Assembly (NCBI RefSeq): GCF_006345805.1
Contig: NC_043011.1
Location: forward strand, 40,002,464-40,066,463
DNA from: Octopus sinensis
Lineage: Eukaryota
Reading direction: 5' to 3'
Length of the DNA stretch: 64,000 nucleotides
Shown here: positions 11,926 through 23,850 of the stretch, one piece after another
Position numbering within the stretch: the stretch's first letter is position 1
Layout of the letters: every line of letters begins with the position of its first letter
Notes under the pieces: generated by a model
The model's database searches: none
What the model was told of the DNA's origin: nothing
The model's input: only the letters and a program-made list of their open reading frames with translations
Made by a program: the position numbers and the translations under genes

Positions 11926-11960
11926 TATTATTAAGGTCACTGCCTGGAATCGAACTTGGA
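11745..11960 (-). mobile_element. SINE-like repeat with Pol III B box, microsatellite and hammerhead-bearing body
   Basis: Minus strand reads AAGTTCGATTCCAGG-(AAT/GAT)n-...CCAAGACACCTGATGAAGGCTGGAGGGTATATCAGCTGAAACGTTGTGTT...; related pieces at 11961-12039 and 13760-13901. Confidence 0.7.
11791..11836 (-). ncRNA. Minimal type-I hammerhead ribozyme motif
   Basis: Stem I GACAC/GTGTT; core CTGATGA; stem II GGCTG/CAGCT with 10-nt loop; GAA-ACGT-T with palindromic ACGT in place of helix III; predicted cleavage after GUU at 11796. Confidence 0.7.
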
Positions 11961-12334
11961 TAATAATAATATCGAAAAATACCTTAGGGATGAGAACCCA
12001 GGTTTGAAATTTCTCCAAGACACCTGATGAAGGCTGGAGATTGTATTGCTTCCCAACCACATGGTTCCAGGTCTAGTCCCAATGCATGGTACCTTAGTCA
12101 AGTGTCTTCTACTGTAGCCTCAGGCTGACCACACCTCAATGTTTGTGTCTTTGTGTCTGTGTTTGTCCCCCACCAGCATTTAGTAGAGGTGTGTGGCTTA
12201 GTGATTAGGGTACTGGACTCTGGTCATAAGATTGCGGTTTAGAATGCTGGACCATTGTGTTCTTGAGCAAGACACTTCATTTCATGTTGTTCCAGTTCAC
12301 TCAGCTGGCAAAAAAAAATATATATATATATATT

Positions 12335-12519
12335 AGGCAAAATGAGATAACAAAGCCAAGACTGTGAGGAGTTTTCAGAAAATTTATAAGGTAAAAGATA
12401 TTGATCTAGTCTTACAGCTGCTTCTGAGATATTACTGCTGCATGACTATATCTATATCTTTTTCCTTTTAAATGTCCTGAAAACTCCCCAGAGTCTTGGC
12501 TTGTTATCTCATTTTGTCT
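12335..12519. mobile_element. Palindromic MITE-like element flanked by (TA)n
   Basis: ~85-bp imperfect inverted arms, aggcaaaatgagataacaaagccaagact / agtcttggcttgttatctcattttgtct. Confidence 0.7.
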
Positions 12520-12684
12520 CATATATATATGCATGCTAATACAAGACTCACATTAGACTCCTTACTAGTATCACTATCGAGCCAAGAGTTTAACTACGGT
12601 CTGTCCATAGTACTTACATAGCATTACCTGCCACTCTTTGGGTCTTCTAGATACCAATACCTCTGATACCCTCGCTATATATAT

Positions 12685-12694
12685 ATATATAGAT

Positions 12695-12750
<56 letters not shown>
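12685..12750. repeat. (TAGA)n microsatellite
   Basis: Direct reading. Confidence 0.95.
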
Positions 12751-12751
<1 letters not shown>

Positions 12752-13263
12752 ACATGTGAGTTGGGTTTTTCTGTTTTGGGGGTTGATAAAACAAAGTATC
12801 CACCAAGCATTGGGGTCCACGATATCAACTAATCCCCTCCTCTCAGGATGTTCAACCCTGAACCTATATATTTATTTTTATTTACTTATTTATAGTTGTG
12901 TCTCATTTTATTTTGAGTTCAAATCTTGCCAATGGTAGCTTTCCCTCTCACACTTCTGGGATTGATTAAGTTCCACTGAAGTATTGAAGTCCATACAATC
13001 AGCTGTACCTGCTTCCTTAAAATATTTGTAGCATTAAATCTGCTTTGCAAATCATGTAAGGGTTAGCAACAGGAAAGGCATCCAGCTGTAAATTAATGTC
13101 TTGATAATATATATTGAAATGAAGAGCTAAAAGAAACGTAAAATGAACAAGCTATGTTCAAAATCTTTAATTAAATGTTATTTACTTGAATAAACTTAAT
13201 TTATAAATAAATTCCACTCCAAAATCTTTTTTAATATTTTTTTTACAATTTCTTTTCTCATAG

Positions 13264-13442
13264 AATATTCTGAGGGTAATAACAGAACTGAAATGGAAGA
13301 AAACTCTTCTATTTTAAATCCAATCACTGAAAAACCCTTAGAAGAAAATAATGCGGAGAATTTGTCTCCAAGAAGAACTGGCATAAATATTAAAGCTGGA
13401 AGACAAGAACCAAAAGAAAATGGAATACCTGAGAATTCTTTG
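13264..13442 (+). CDS. Exon of uncharacterised EF-hand-like gene (EYSEGNNRTEMEEN...GIPENSL)
   Basis: ctcatag acceptor, gtacat donor, phase 1/0, open. Confidence 0.78.
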
Positions 13443-14009
13443 GTACATAAGAATGTTTTTTTTCTTTTTTAGATTAAAAAGTGGCAGACCAGCAGAATCG
13501 TTTGCATGCCGGGCAAATTGCTACGTAGCATTCTGTTCACCTTTACATTCAAAGTTCAAATGTTACTGAGATCAACTTCGCCACCAAGGTTGACTTTATT
13601 AGATTTACATTAATCCCTTGCCATATCCCGGTTCACCTGTTGTGGTTCACCTATCGTGGTTTATTATTTAACCTTATGCCGATTCCTCTATGGTATTGTT
13701 TTGCATTTAAAATGAAATAGATAGATACAAATTAAGAAAATAATAAAATAAAAATATACAGTTCTATATTTAAGAGATGAGGAATTATGTACATTATTTA
13801 CATTATTTACATTTGATGGATATTTCTCCTCATCTTGTTTGTGTTTACAGCAAACAAGATGAGGACAAATATCCATCAAATATAAATAATGTAAATAATG
13901 TTAAAATATACAGTACTGTTTCTACTTCATGGTGGTGGTGGTGGGGTTGTTTCTAAATCATGGGGAGTTTTGGAATGTAACACCCACAATAGTTGAGGGA
14001 TTACTCTAT

Positions 14010-14425
14010 ATTCATTTACTCTTTTACTTGTTTCAGTCATTTGACTGTGGCCATGCTGGAGCACAGCCTTTAGTCGAGCAAATCGACCCCAGGACTTACT
14101 CTTTGTAAGCCTAGTACTTATTCTATCGGTCTCATTTACCGAATCACTAAGTTACGGGGACGTAAACACACCAGCATCAGTTGTCAAGCGATGTTGGGGG
14201 GACAAACACAGACACATAAACACACACACACACACATATATATACATATACTTATATACGACGAGCTTCTTTCAGTTTCCCTCTACCAAATCCACTCACA
14301 AGGCTTTGGTTGACCTGGGGCTTATAGTAGAAGACACTTGCCCAAAGTGCCATGCAGTGGGATTGAACCCGGAACCATGGGGTTGGTAAGCAAGCTACTT
14401 ACCACACAGCCGCTCCTGCGCCTAT
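14010..14425 (-). mobile_element. SINE family A, full length
   Basis: Complete head-to-tail match with other copies. Confidence 0.88.
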
Positions 14426-14645
14426 AAATGGTAATGATATACTAAGATTACAGTAATCTCAGACAATCATAACTGCCTTTCCTAAAAAAAACCTCCAAAT
14501 TTCTGGAATGCATCTCATCCGCATATAGACCTACATTGATTTTTATAGTTTGAAATGTTAAAGAGTTTCCTTGCTAAAAACAAAAATAAGCAAAACAGTA
14601 TAATCCCACCCAGAATTGATATTATAACATAAATTTTCATTTCAG

Positions 14646-14796
14646 AGCCCTTCCAAAGGATTGAGCCGTAAAACAGGCGTACTGAACCAATTGCCCAGAT
14701 CTGGAAAGGAGGCAGTCAAACAGTTGGTGCCTGTGACCGAAAGTGAAGCCGCAGCAGACAACATCTCTGAAGACGTTGTCACTTCTTCAAACGACA
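14646..14796 (+). CDS. Exon of uncharacterised EF-hand-like gene (SPSKGLSRKTG...VVTSSND)
   Basis: tttcag acceptor, gtttgt donor, phase 0/1, open. Confidence 0.78.
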
Positions 14797-15089
14797 GTTT
14801 GTAATAATAATAAGAATAATGATGATGATGATGATGATAATAATGATTTGTCATTTTTCTTCTTGGGCACAAAGCCAGCCATCTTTTTGGGGAGAAGGGA
14901 TTAATCAATTACATCAACCCCAAGTAGTGAAAGCCAACACTGACATGAGTATTTGAGGTCAGAACATTAGGAGCCAAGAGTAATGCACTGTGCATTTTGG
15001 CCAAAACACTTACAGTTCTGCTAGCTAACAGCCTAGGATTGTCCATTGGACACTTTGCAACAAGTATGGACTTGACAGAGCAAAAAAGT

Positions 15090-15610
15090 TGTATGAACAT
15101 AAACCTGAAGGCATCATCGAAAATGATAATGCAAATATCCTATGGGATTTTATGATTCAGTGCAGCCATGAGATAGCAAATAAAAGAAACCAGACATAGT
15201 GCTAATTGAGAAAGAAAGCAAACGATGCTGGATCATAGATATAGCATGCCCAGCTGACAACAAGGTATTTGTTAAGGAAGAAAGAAAAGTTGATAGATAT
15301 GACAGGTTAGCTTGGGAAGTTAAGCAGTTGTGGTTGCTGAAAAAGGTAGTGGTAGTACCAATAATTGTTGGAGCCCTGGGAACAATGACTAAAAATTTTG
15401 AGAAGTACATGGAACAAATAGGGGCTGCAATAAGGGTGGAGCACTTGCAGAAAACAGCACTGCTTGGAACTGCTTGAATACTCCGGATGGTGCTCAAAAA
15501 ATTACGGGTGTTACCTTAGTTCACTGGTAGTAAATGGATGACACCATTCTACATCACCAGCATTAGAAGCTGTGCAAAGACAATAAATAATAATAATAAT
15601 AATAATAATC
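15090..15610 (+). mobile_element. R4/Dong- or NeSL-type LINE 3' end encoding a restriction-like endonuclease domain
   Basis: ILWDF..Q...(R)PDIVLIEK...CWIIDIACPAD...EERKVDRY..LAWE...VVPIIVGALG...LQKTALLGTA; frameshift near 15185; (TAA)n tail. Confidence 0.85.
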
Positions 15611-17354
15611 CTTTCTACTATAGTCACAAGGCCTGAAATTTAGTGGGGAGGGGACAAGTTGATTACATCAACCCTAGTATTTCACTGGTACTTAATTTAT
15701 CGACCCTGAAAGGATGAAAGGCAAAGTCAACCTCGACAGAATGATCCTTTCTACTAAAAGCACAAGGCCTTTGGGATGGGACTAGTCGATTACATTGAAA
15801 TCAATATTTCACTGGTACTTATTTTGTCAACACCAAAAAGATAAAAAGCAAAGTTGACCTCGGCGGAAGTTGAACTCAGAATGTAAAGACTGGCAAGGTA
15901 CTGCTAAGCATCTCACCTGGCATGCTAACAATTCTGCCAACTTGCTGCCTTTAATAATAATAATGATAATACTCCTTTCTTCTATAGACACAGCACCTGA
16001 CATTTGGGGGAGGGGATGAGTCATATTGACCCCAGTGCTCAACTGGTAATTATTTTATTGACTTTGCCCGGCTTGTTAATGATTTTGCCTGCTCGCTGCC
16101 TTAATAATAATAATAATAATATAATAATAATAATAATAATAATTATAATAATAGTAAGCTTTTCTATTTTAGGCACAAGGCTTGTAATTTTGGGTTGGGA
16201 GCTGGTAGAATTGTTGGCATGTCAGACACAATGGTTAGCAACATTTCTTCCAGCTCTTTACATTCTGAGTTCAAGTCCTGTTCAGGTCATCTATGCCATT
16301 CATATTTCAGAGATGATAAAATAAATTACCAGTCATTTGACTGGAATTTGATGCAATCAACTTACCCATAATGCTAAAAATTGCTGGCCTTGTGCCAAAA
16401 TTAGAAAGAATTATTTGCAGAAATAGCAGCAGCATTGGGGAGGGGTCAGTGGTGGTGGTGGTGGTGGTGGCAGTAGTGTTTATAGTATTATTAGTGAGTA
16501 CTGGTTGTCTTGTTAGTAATGTTGTGAAATTTCAAATGTAGACATTTAAGCACCAATTTGAAACTATCTCAAATTAGTTGCTTATAATATTTAGATGTAA
16601 TATTACATTAAAAATTGGTGCTTCTAATTATGTCTGTCTGTCATTTAACATTTAAATTTGATACTTATAACATTAAAATGTAAATTTACATAAAATAGTG
16701 TTGCTTATAATGTCTAAATATCTCTTATATTTATACTTTTATTCCCATATTTCTGTTGGTATATACAATATTTTTTTTGTTTCAATTAATTTTGAAAATA
16801 ACGAACAATTTAATAAAATAACTTTGTCAGAATTAATTTAGTGTTTTGGAATATAAATCAACATGAAATTTTGGTATGGAGATTTTATCTTAGATCACTT
16901 TTAAATAGGAAGTTTGAATCACAGGACCCAGCGGAGTTTCGGGCAGTTTTGTATGAAAAGGGCTAAAAATTGCTGTTTATAATTTCTAAATATCTTTTAT
17001 ATTAACTTTTGTTTTGGGATTTGGTTTGCAAGATTCTTTATGTGAGTTCGTGTATTGAAGCATATTCTGTTGTGTCTGGAGAGAGTCATTTTCTTTTTGT
17101 GCCTTATAATTTAACACACTCACTGGTAAAATTTCCACTTATTCCTTATTTTTATTTTCCTAAAATTTTCGTTGCGTCTTGCAAACATTTCAGTAGTCTT
17201 GACTCTCATTATTATTATTTTATATTAATCCCCCTATTTTTAAAATTATATTTCTGCACTGCTGAAATGCTTTGCATGCCTCACACGATTATGACATCTA
17301 CATACAATTTCAGAGGTACAGGAATATGCAGATGTGCTTCATGAAGACAGCTTA

Positions 17355-17650
17355 AATTATCGTTTGTTCCTTCTTGAGCCATGCCTGGCTCATAAGGGCT
17401 GGTTTCCCAGTTTCCTTGGCGTAAAGGTTCCCCACCTGGACAGGACGCTGGTCCATCGCAGGTGAGCAGCAAGAAAGAGTAAGAAAGTTGTGGCGAAAGA
17501 GTCAGCAGAAGTTCGCCATTACCTTCTGCCGGAGCCGCGTGGAGCTTAGATATTTCGGTCATAAACATGCACATTGCCTGGTCTGAGATTTGAACCCGCG
17601 ATCCTTCGACCGCGAGTCCGCTGCTCGAACCACTAGGCCATGTGCCTCCA
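17355..17650 (-). mobile_element. tRNA-derived SINE family B, full length
   Basis: Homologous to 9833-10135. Confidence 0.8.
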
Positions 17651-18004
17651 CAGCTTAAATTATAACCCTATCTAAACCCTTTTGAAATTTGGGTAACTGT
17701 GGCCTGTCTGAGAAACAAACCCTGCAAAGTGGGGTGGCTCTTGTAGCAAGTCACTGGCCATTCTTCTTAGTAATGCCTTTGCCATCATGTCTGCAAAATA
17801 TGCTAAACATGCCATTTGTTTCTGAGGTATATGACCCCATTAGTCTCTCCCCACCACATGTCCTGCTACTCAATCCACCCAACCTTTTTTCTTTTTCTGT
17901 GTTCCCTTAGTGAGGTAGTTATTGGCTTATTTCCCCAATAATTTGATCTTTTTATACTTTTAATGGTATATTTTCTTTCTTTTCACTCTGTTGTTAATAA
18001 AACA

Positions 18005-18310
18005 TATACTCTTTTACTCTTTTACTTGTTTCAGTCATTTGACTGTGGCCATGCTGGAGCACCGCCTTTAGTCGAGCAAATCGACCCCAGGACTTATTCT
18101 TTGTAAGCCTAGTACTTATTCTATCGGTCTCTTTTGCTGAACCGCTAAGTTACGGGGATGTAAACATACCAGCATCTGTTATCAAGTGATGTTGGTGGTG
18201 TGTGTGTGTGGGGGGGAGGCAACAGATACACAAACATATATATATATACATATATACGACGGGCTTCTTTCAGTTTCCGCCTACCAAATCCACTCACAAG
18301 GCTTTGGAGA
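18005..18310 (-). mobile_element. SINE family A, 5' truncated
   Basis: Tail and body match family A. Confidence 0.85.
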
Positions 18311-18548
18311 AAAAAAGAAACTGAGTCAGCAAAAGAAAAAAAAACTGTAAAATAAGTTTGTCTTTATTGATCTGGTATTTGAAACATAAACCATGAAATT
18401 TTGATAGGTTTTAGTTCAGATCACTTTTAAACAGGAAATTTGTATCACAGAAATATGGCAACTAAAGGGTTCACTAACTCTGCATTATTCATCTTTTGTA
18501 GTTTATCTATTTCATACAGATTTCTTTCCTGTATAATAATCTTAGTGC

Positions 18549-18774
18549 TTAACCGTTTAGCATTTAAACCTGCCATATCCAGCTCATATACTTTACATGT
18601 TTTATGTTCAAACTGGCTAGATCTGGCCCCTCACACCTACCCTTCAATGTCATTCTAAAAATAAACAATCCTATTATAGAAATCTCAAAGCTACAAGACA
18701 ATTCGTGGCTAATTCAAAACAATGAATAAATAAGCATTAAATTTGACAGAGTAATCTGAATGCGAAAGGCTTAA
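18549..18774. mobile_element. TTAA-flanked MITE (piggyBac-like)
   Basis: ttaaccgtttagcatt ... aatgcgaaaggcttaa; related copy near 63235-63415. Confidence 0.65.
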
Positions 18775-18830
18775 ATTAATTAGTTTTTATTTATGTATTT
18801 ATTTAATTATTTATATATTTATGTTTACAG

Positions 18831-19130
18831 TAATTTCGGAAGAAGAAAACCAAGAGTTAAGTGTGCCTCCATCAGATGATAACCCTGCTGTAAGTGCCAA
18901 TGGGAAATTGGAAAATTCTAAGAGAAAAACAAGCAAGGCGTCACTCATAAAGTCTGTAACAATAGTGGAGCAGCAACCTTCGAAATATGGCAAACCTAGG
19001 GGCCACATGCAATATTTTGATCCTTCAGAAGCAGCAGAAAGAAGAAGGAAGAAGTTATTGGATAAAATTAACCAAAAGAGACAGTTGCAGCTAGCAACGA
19101 AAGAAAGTCGAGGACCACATTTCGAGGACT
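18831..19130 (+). CDS. Exon of uncharacterised EF-hand-like gene (IISEEENQELSV...KESRGPHFED)
   Basis: ttacag acceptor, gtaagt donor, 300 nt open, phase 1/1. Confidence 0.85.
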
Positions 19131-20095
19131 GTAAGTTTATTATACGGGTTTATATTTCATTTCGTTTTTGTATTTGGTTTGCAAGATTCTTTCTGTGAAT
19201 TCACGTGTCTCGGGAGAATCATTACACCAATATTAATAACACACACACACACACACATTGGTTCAATTCCACTCCTTTATTACCAGTCAAAGCGGAGGCA
19301 CATGGCCTAGTGGCTAGAGCAGCGGACTCGTGGTCGAGGGATCGCGGGTTCACATCTCAGACCGGGCGATGTGTGTGTTTATGAGTGAAACACCTAAGCT
19401 CCACGTGACTCCGGCAAAAAGTAAAGGCGAACTTCTGCTGACTCATTCGCCACAACTTTCTCTCACTCTTTCCTCCTGCATTTGTTTATGTTATACATAC
19501 ATATATATCATCATCATCATCATCATTTAACGTCCGTTCTCCATGCTAGCATGGGTTGGACGGTTCGACCGGGGATCTGGGAAGCCAGAAGGCTGCACCA
19601 GGCTCCAGTCTTATCTGGCAATGTTTCTACAGCTGGATGCCCTTCCTAACGCCAACCACTCTGTGAGTGTAGTGGGTGCTTTTTACGTGCCACCTGCACA
19701 GGTACCAGGCGAGGCTGGCAACGGCCACGGTCGGATTGGTGTATTTTATGTGCCACCGGCACGGAAGCCAGTCGAGGCGGTGCTGGCATCGGCCACGAGT
19801 CGGATAGTGCTTTTTACGTACTACCAGACCAGGGATCCTGGCTGGTTCAATTCGATTTCGCTTTCGCTTGCCCCAACATGTCATATATACAGGAGTAAGC
19901 ACATAAATGCGAAACATGGTGGAAAAAATAGTACTTGAATACCTGAGGTAGAGTAATATGCTTTATTAAAAAGCAGCAGAAATATCACAAATTTCTGTCC
20001 CATTCTAAACAAAACTGTCTGAACAGGAACGTGAAACTCTGAGTAACAGTTTTTGTGATGTTTCTGCTGCTTTTTAACAAAGCATATTACTCTAC

Positions 20096-20139
<44 letters not shown>

Positions 20140-20783
20140 ATGTATGTATGTATGTTGGTTGTCAAGTATAAAACTGCTACTTCACTATCTGTCTGTATGT
20201 CTAGCTAGCTAGCTAGATGCATACACATGCAATCACCCACTCACTCTCTTTTTATCTCTCTCTCACACACACACATGATTATATATTGGGATGATTTTAA
20301 ATCTCAAGAGAAACTAGTCTTTTAAGTACTAATGTCAGATTTTTAAATGGATATCGACTTACATGTATTCATATGCAAATGTATACACATGCACACACAT
20401 ACATACTCACACACACATATGAAAAGAGTGTGTGTGATACACACACACACACACACATTCATAGATGGGGATGGATTATGGAGAGAAGTAAAATAAATTA
20501 ATATTTCCAAAATATTCTTATATTTCATAAAGTCTGACAGCTGCCATTAAGCTGTGATATATATTTTATCAGATCTTTAGTGAATTATAATCATTTGTCT
20601 GTTATCCGTGCTGTACATGTTACCAGATACAGAAATGAATACTATGTGATATCAAATGTGTATTACCAATTTTATTGATTTCAATTAATCATTTCTAAAT
20701 TATTTTTTTTTGCTTCCTTTTATTTGTTTTTATATTTGTGTTGTTGTTTTCTTTTTCATCGCCATTGCTGTCTCTCATCCAAG

Positions 20784-20854
20784 ATGGCTTTCTTGCCAAG
20801 TATTGTATTTTTAACAAGGAGAGCTGGGATGTGTACAGAAGAATATTTGAAATG
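20784..20854 (+). CDS. Exon, start of EF-hand-like domain (YGFLAKYCIFNKESWDVYRRIFEM)
   Basis: ccaag acceptor, gtttgt donor, phase 1/0; entering helix of an EF-hand-like motif. Confidence 0.8.
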
Positions 20855-21284
20855 GTTTGTATTGCTTTCTTAATCATAATGATATCTTTACACAAGCACA
20901 AGACTATAGTGATTATACTCTACCCCCCCCCCACTGTGTTTTCAACTGTTATTTAACTTATTGACCTTAGAAGGATGAGAAGCAAAGTTGACTCGAGCTA
21001 GATTTGAACTAAGAACTCAGAGGACCCAGTATGTTGGGAGAGAGAAATGTGAAATGCTTTGTATGATATTCTGCAAATTCTTATGACTCTCATAATAATA
21101 ATAATAATAAGTTTAATCTTTACTACTATAAGTAGAAAGTTGATTACAGTGACCCCTGGGATCAACTGGTATTTATTTCATTAATACTGAAAGGATGAAA
21201 ATAATAATGATAATATAGAAGAAGGAAATGGAAGAACAGCTGGGGAAAGAATATTTCTGAAGACTAAGATTGGTATTGTGCTCA

Positions 21285-21760
21285 AAATTGACTGGATGAA
21301 ATAAAATCCAAGCAGTAAATACAAGGGCAATAGCATCACTTTGGTATAGGGCTGGAATCATAAATTTGCAGAAGAAAGAACTGATGAGCATGGATACAAT
21401 GACATGGAAAGTATTGACGGTGCATGGAGCTTTCTATTCCAAGAGAGAGGTACTGATAGGTTGTACTTTCCCAGAAGATAATGTGGGAGAGGTTTGATTA
21501 GTTGTGAGGACATGTTGAAACAGAGGAAAACAGCTTAGGGTGGTGTGTAAAAAATGCTGTGGAACCATTGGTGAAACACATGAAGATGTCCAGCATCATC
21601 ATAGTTGAGAATTGTGTAAAGAAAGGAAAAACTTAAAGAGGAAAGGAACATGAAAGAACTAATAACATGGAAAGGAAAAAAAGATGTATGGTCTGTATGC
21701 AAGAAATATGAGCACCATAGTAGATACAGAGGAAGACTGGAAACGAACAACTTTGCTTAT
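21285..21760 (+). mobile_element. Decayed R4/Dong-like reverse transcriptase C-terminal fragment
   Basis: NKIQAVNTRAI..LWYRAGII...KEL..MD...KVLTVHGAF...RLYFPR...GRGLISCED with stops and frameshifts. Confidence 0.7.
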
Positions 21761-22029
21761 AAGTCAGTGATGCTCACTTGCAATCATCGTAGTATGTCTA
21801 CACAGACACACACACTTACTCATACATACATATCTGAGAGGCTTCTGTATAGTTTTTGCCTTCAAATTTCAGTCTTAAATCTTTGGTAGAAGACACTCAC
21901 ACAAAGCACCATGCTGTGGAGTCACAGAGTAAACTTATCTTTAATAACACATCCATGCTTTCTCTCATCAAAACCAATAATATTTAAACAAGCTATGAGT
22001 AAGTGACTCCTTTTCTGTTTGCTTTTTAG

Positions 22030-22134
22030 GGAGACGCTGATAAAAAAGGTTGGTTGACAACAGAGGAAATGTTGCTGGGATTAAGGTCCATAAACAGTCA
22101 ATTAACGGCCCCTAAAGAAGAATATCTTTGTAGG
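22030..22134 (+). CDS. Exon with degenerate EF-hand loop (GDADKKGWLTTEEMLLGLRSINSQLTAPKEEYLCR)
   Basis: tttttag acceptor, gtaagt donor, phase 0/0; D-x-D-x-x-G-x-L-x-x-x-E pattern. Confidence 0.85.
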
Positions 22135-22406
22135 GTAAGTAATTCTAAATAAGTGTTCAAAATGGTTTAAAATTCAGGCTGTGTCTTTGTGAAGCACATT
22201 TGTATGTTCCAGTAATCAAATGTATGTACATAGGAGTGACTGTGTGGTATGAAGCTTGCTTCCCAACCGCATGGTTCCGGGTTCAGTCCCACTGCATGGC
22301 ACCTTGGGTGAGTGTCCTCTACTGTAGCATCTACCAAAGCCTTGTGAGTGGATTTGGTAGACAGAAATTGAAAGAAGCCCTTCGTATATATATATATATA
22401 TATATA

Positions 22407-22720
22407 TAGTATATATGCTTTATTGAAAATAAAACATCTTTCTTTTACTTGTTTCAGTCAATTAACTGTGGCCATGCTGGAGCACTGCCTTTAGTCGAAC
22501 AAATCAACCCCAGGATATATTCTTTGTAAGCCTAGTACTTATTCTATCGGACTCTTTTTCCAAACCACTAATAGAATAAGTATTAGGCTTACAAAGAATA
22601 TATCCTGGGGTTGATTTGTTTGACTAAAGGCAGTGCTCCAGCATGGCTGCAGTCAATTGACTGAAACAAATAAAAGAGTAAAAGAAAGATGTTTTTATTT
22701 TCAATAAAGCATATATACTA
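22407..22720. repeat. Inverted duplication of a SINE A tail plus unique flank
   Basis: Arms 22407-22547 and 22571-22720, 23-nt spacer. Confidence 0.9.
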
Positions 22721-23499
22721 ATTGGAAGTTCTGGTGAATCATATTTGCAGAGTTATCTTTTACTTGTTTCGGTCCTTAGAATGTGGCCATGCTGGGGCAC
22801 AACCTTGAATTTTTAGTCAAATGAATTAACCAATCCCCAGTAGTTCTTTTTAAGTCTGGTACGTATTCTACCAGTCTCTTTTGCCAAACTGCTGGGGACA
22901 CAAACACACCAATACCAGTTGTAAAGTGGTGGTGGTGGGACAAACACAAAGACACACACATACTTATATGACAAGCTTCTTTCAGTTCTGTCGACCAAAT
23001 CCACTGAGAAGGCTTTGGTCAGCCTGCGACTATAGTAGAATACACTTGCCCAAGGTTCTACACAGTGGGACTGAACCCGGAACCATGTGATTGAGAAGCA
23101 AGCTAGCTTCTTACCACACAGCCATGCTTGCATATGGAGAGCTTACTTTAAAAACCAGAAATATGCTTCGGAATGACTTTTGAGTAATTGAGGAAACAAC
23201 TTGAATATATCTGATTTTAATTGGAAAACTAAGATTCGTCTACTGTTTATATGGCATCTATTCCCAGTTTGACTGAAATAAATTCCATGTGTGTGAAGCC
23301 AGCAGCTTGCAGATTGTGTTTTAATGGTCATCATGAAATTGACCAAATATGCACTTACATCTGTTTTGAAAGTAAGCTCCTCATATATATTACTTTTGAA
23401 TCTTTGTTTGAGGAATTATGTATAGGACATTATCGCATAACTAGCCCCAGCCCATTCAAAAGTGCCTTGGATTGTAGGGCGACATGCTGTGCTTGAGGA

Positions 23500-23850
23500 G
23501 ACCTATTGAGTCAAGTACATCATCAAAATGAAAATCAAATGGAAATTGTAGTTGTGATCCAAAGCACCATCCAAACGTGGCCAACGCCAGCACCATCTTG
23601 ACTGGCTTCCATGCCGGTGGCACATAAAAAGCACTAACTGATCGTGGCTGTTGCCAGCCTCCTCTGGCCCATGTGCCGGCACATAAAAAGCACCCACTAC
23701 ACTCACGGAGTGGTTGGCGTTATGAAGGGCATCTAGCTGTAGAAACACTGCCAGATCACACTGGAGACTGGTGCAGCCTCCTTGCTTCCCAGATCCATCC
23801 CAGTCAAACTGTCCAACCCATGCTAGCATGGAAAACAGAAGTTAAACGAT
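23500..23850 (+). mobile_element. RTE-type 3' end
   Basis: ggttggcgttatgaagggcatctagc motif, ends gttaaacgatgatg. Confidence 0.75.

Noticed and set aside
17165-17215. Hammerhead-like half on the minus strand (ATGAGAGTCAAGACTACTGAAATGTT)
   Set aside because: The core and stem I are not intact, so it cannot be supported from this copy.
23268-23371. Extra exon with good AG/GT signals
   Set aside because: 104 nt with an immediate in-frame stop (TTT TGA) between phase-0 neighbours; a poison exon is possible but unsupported.
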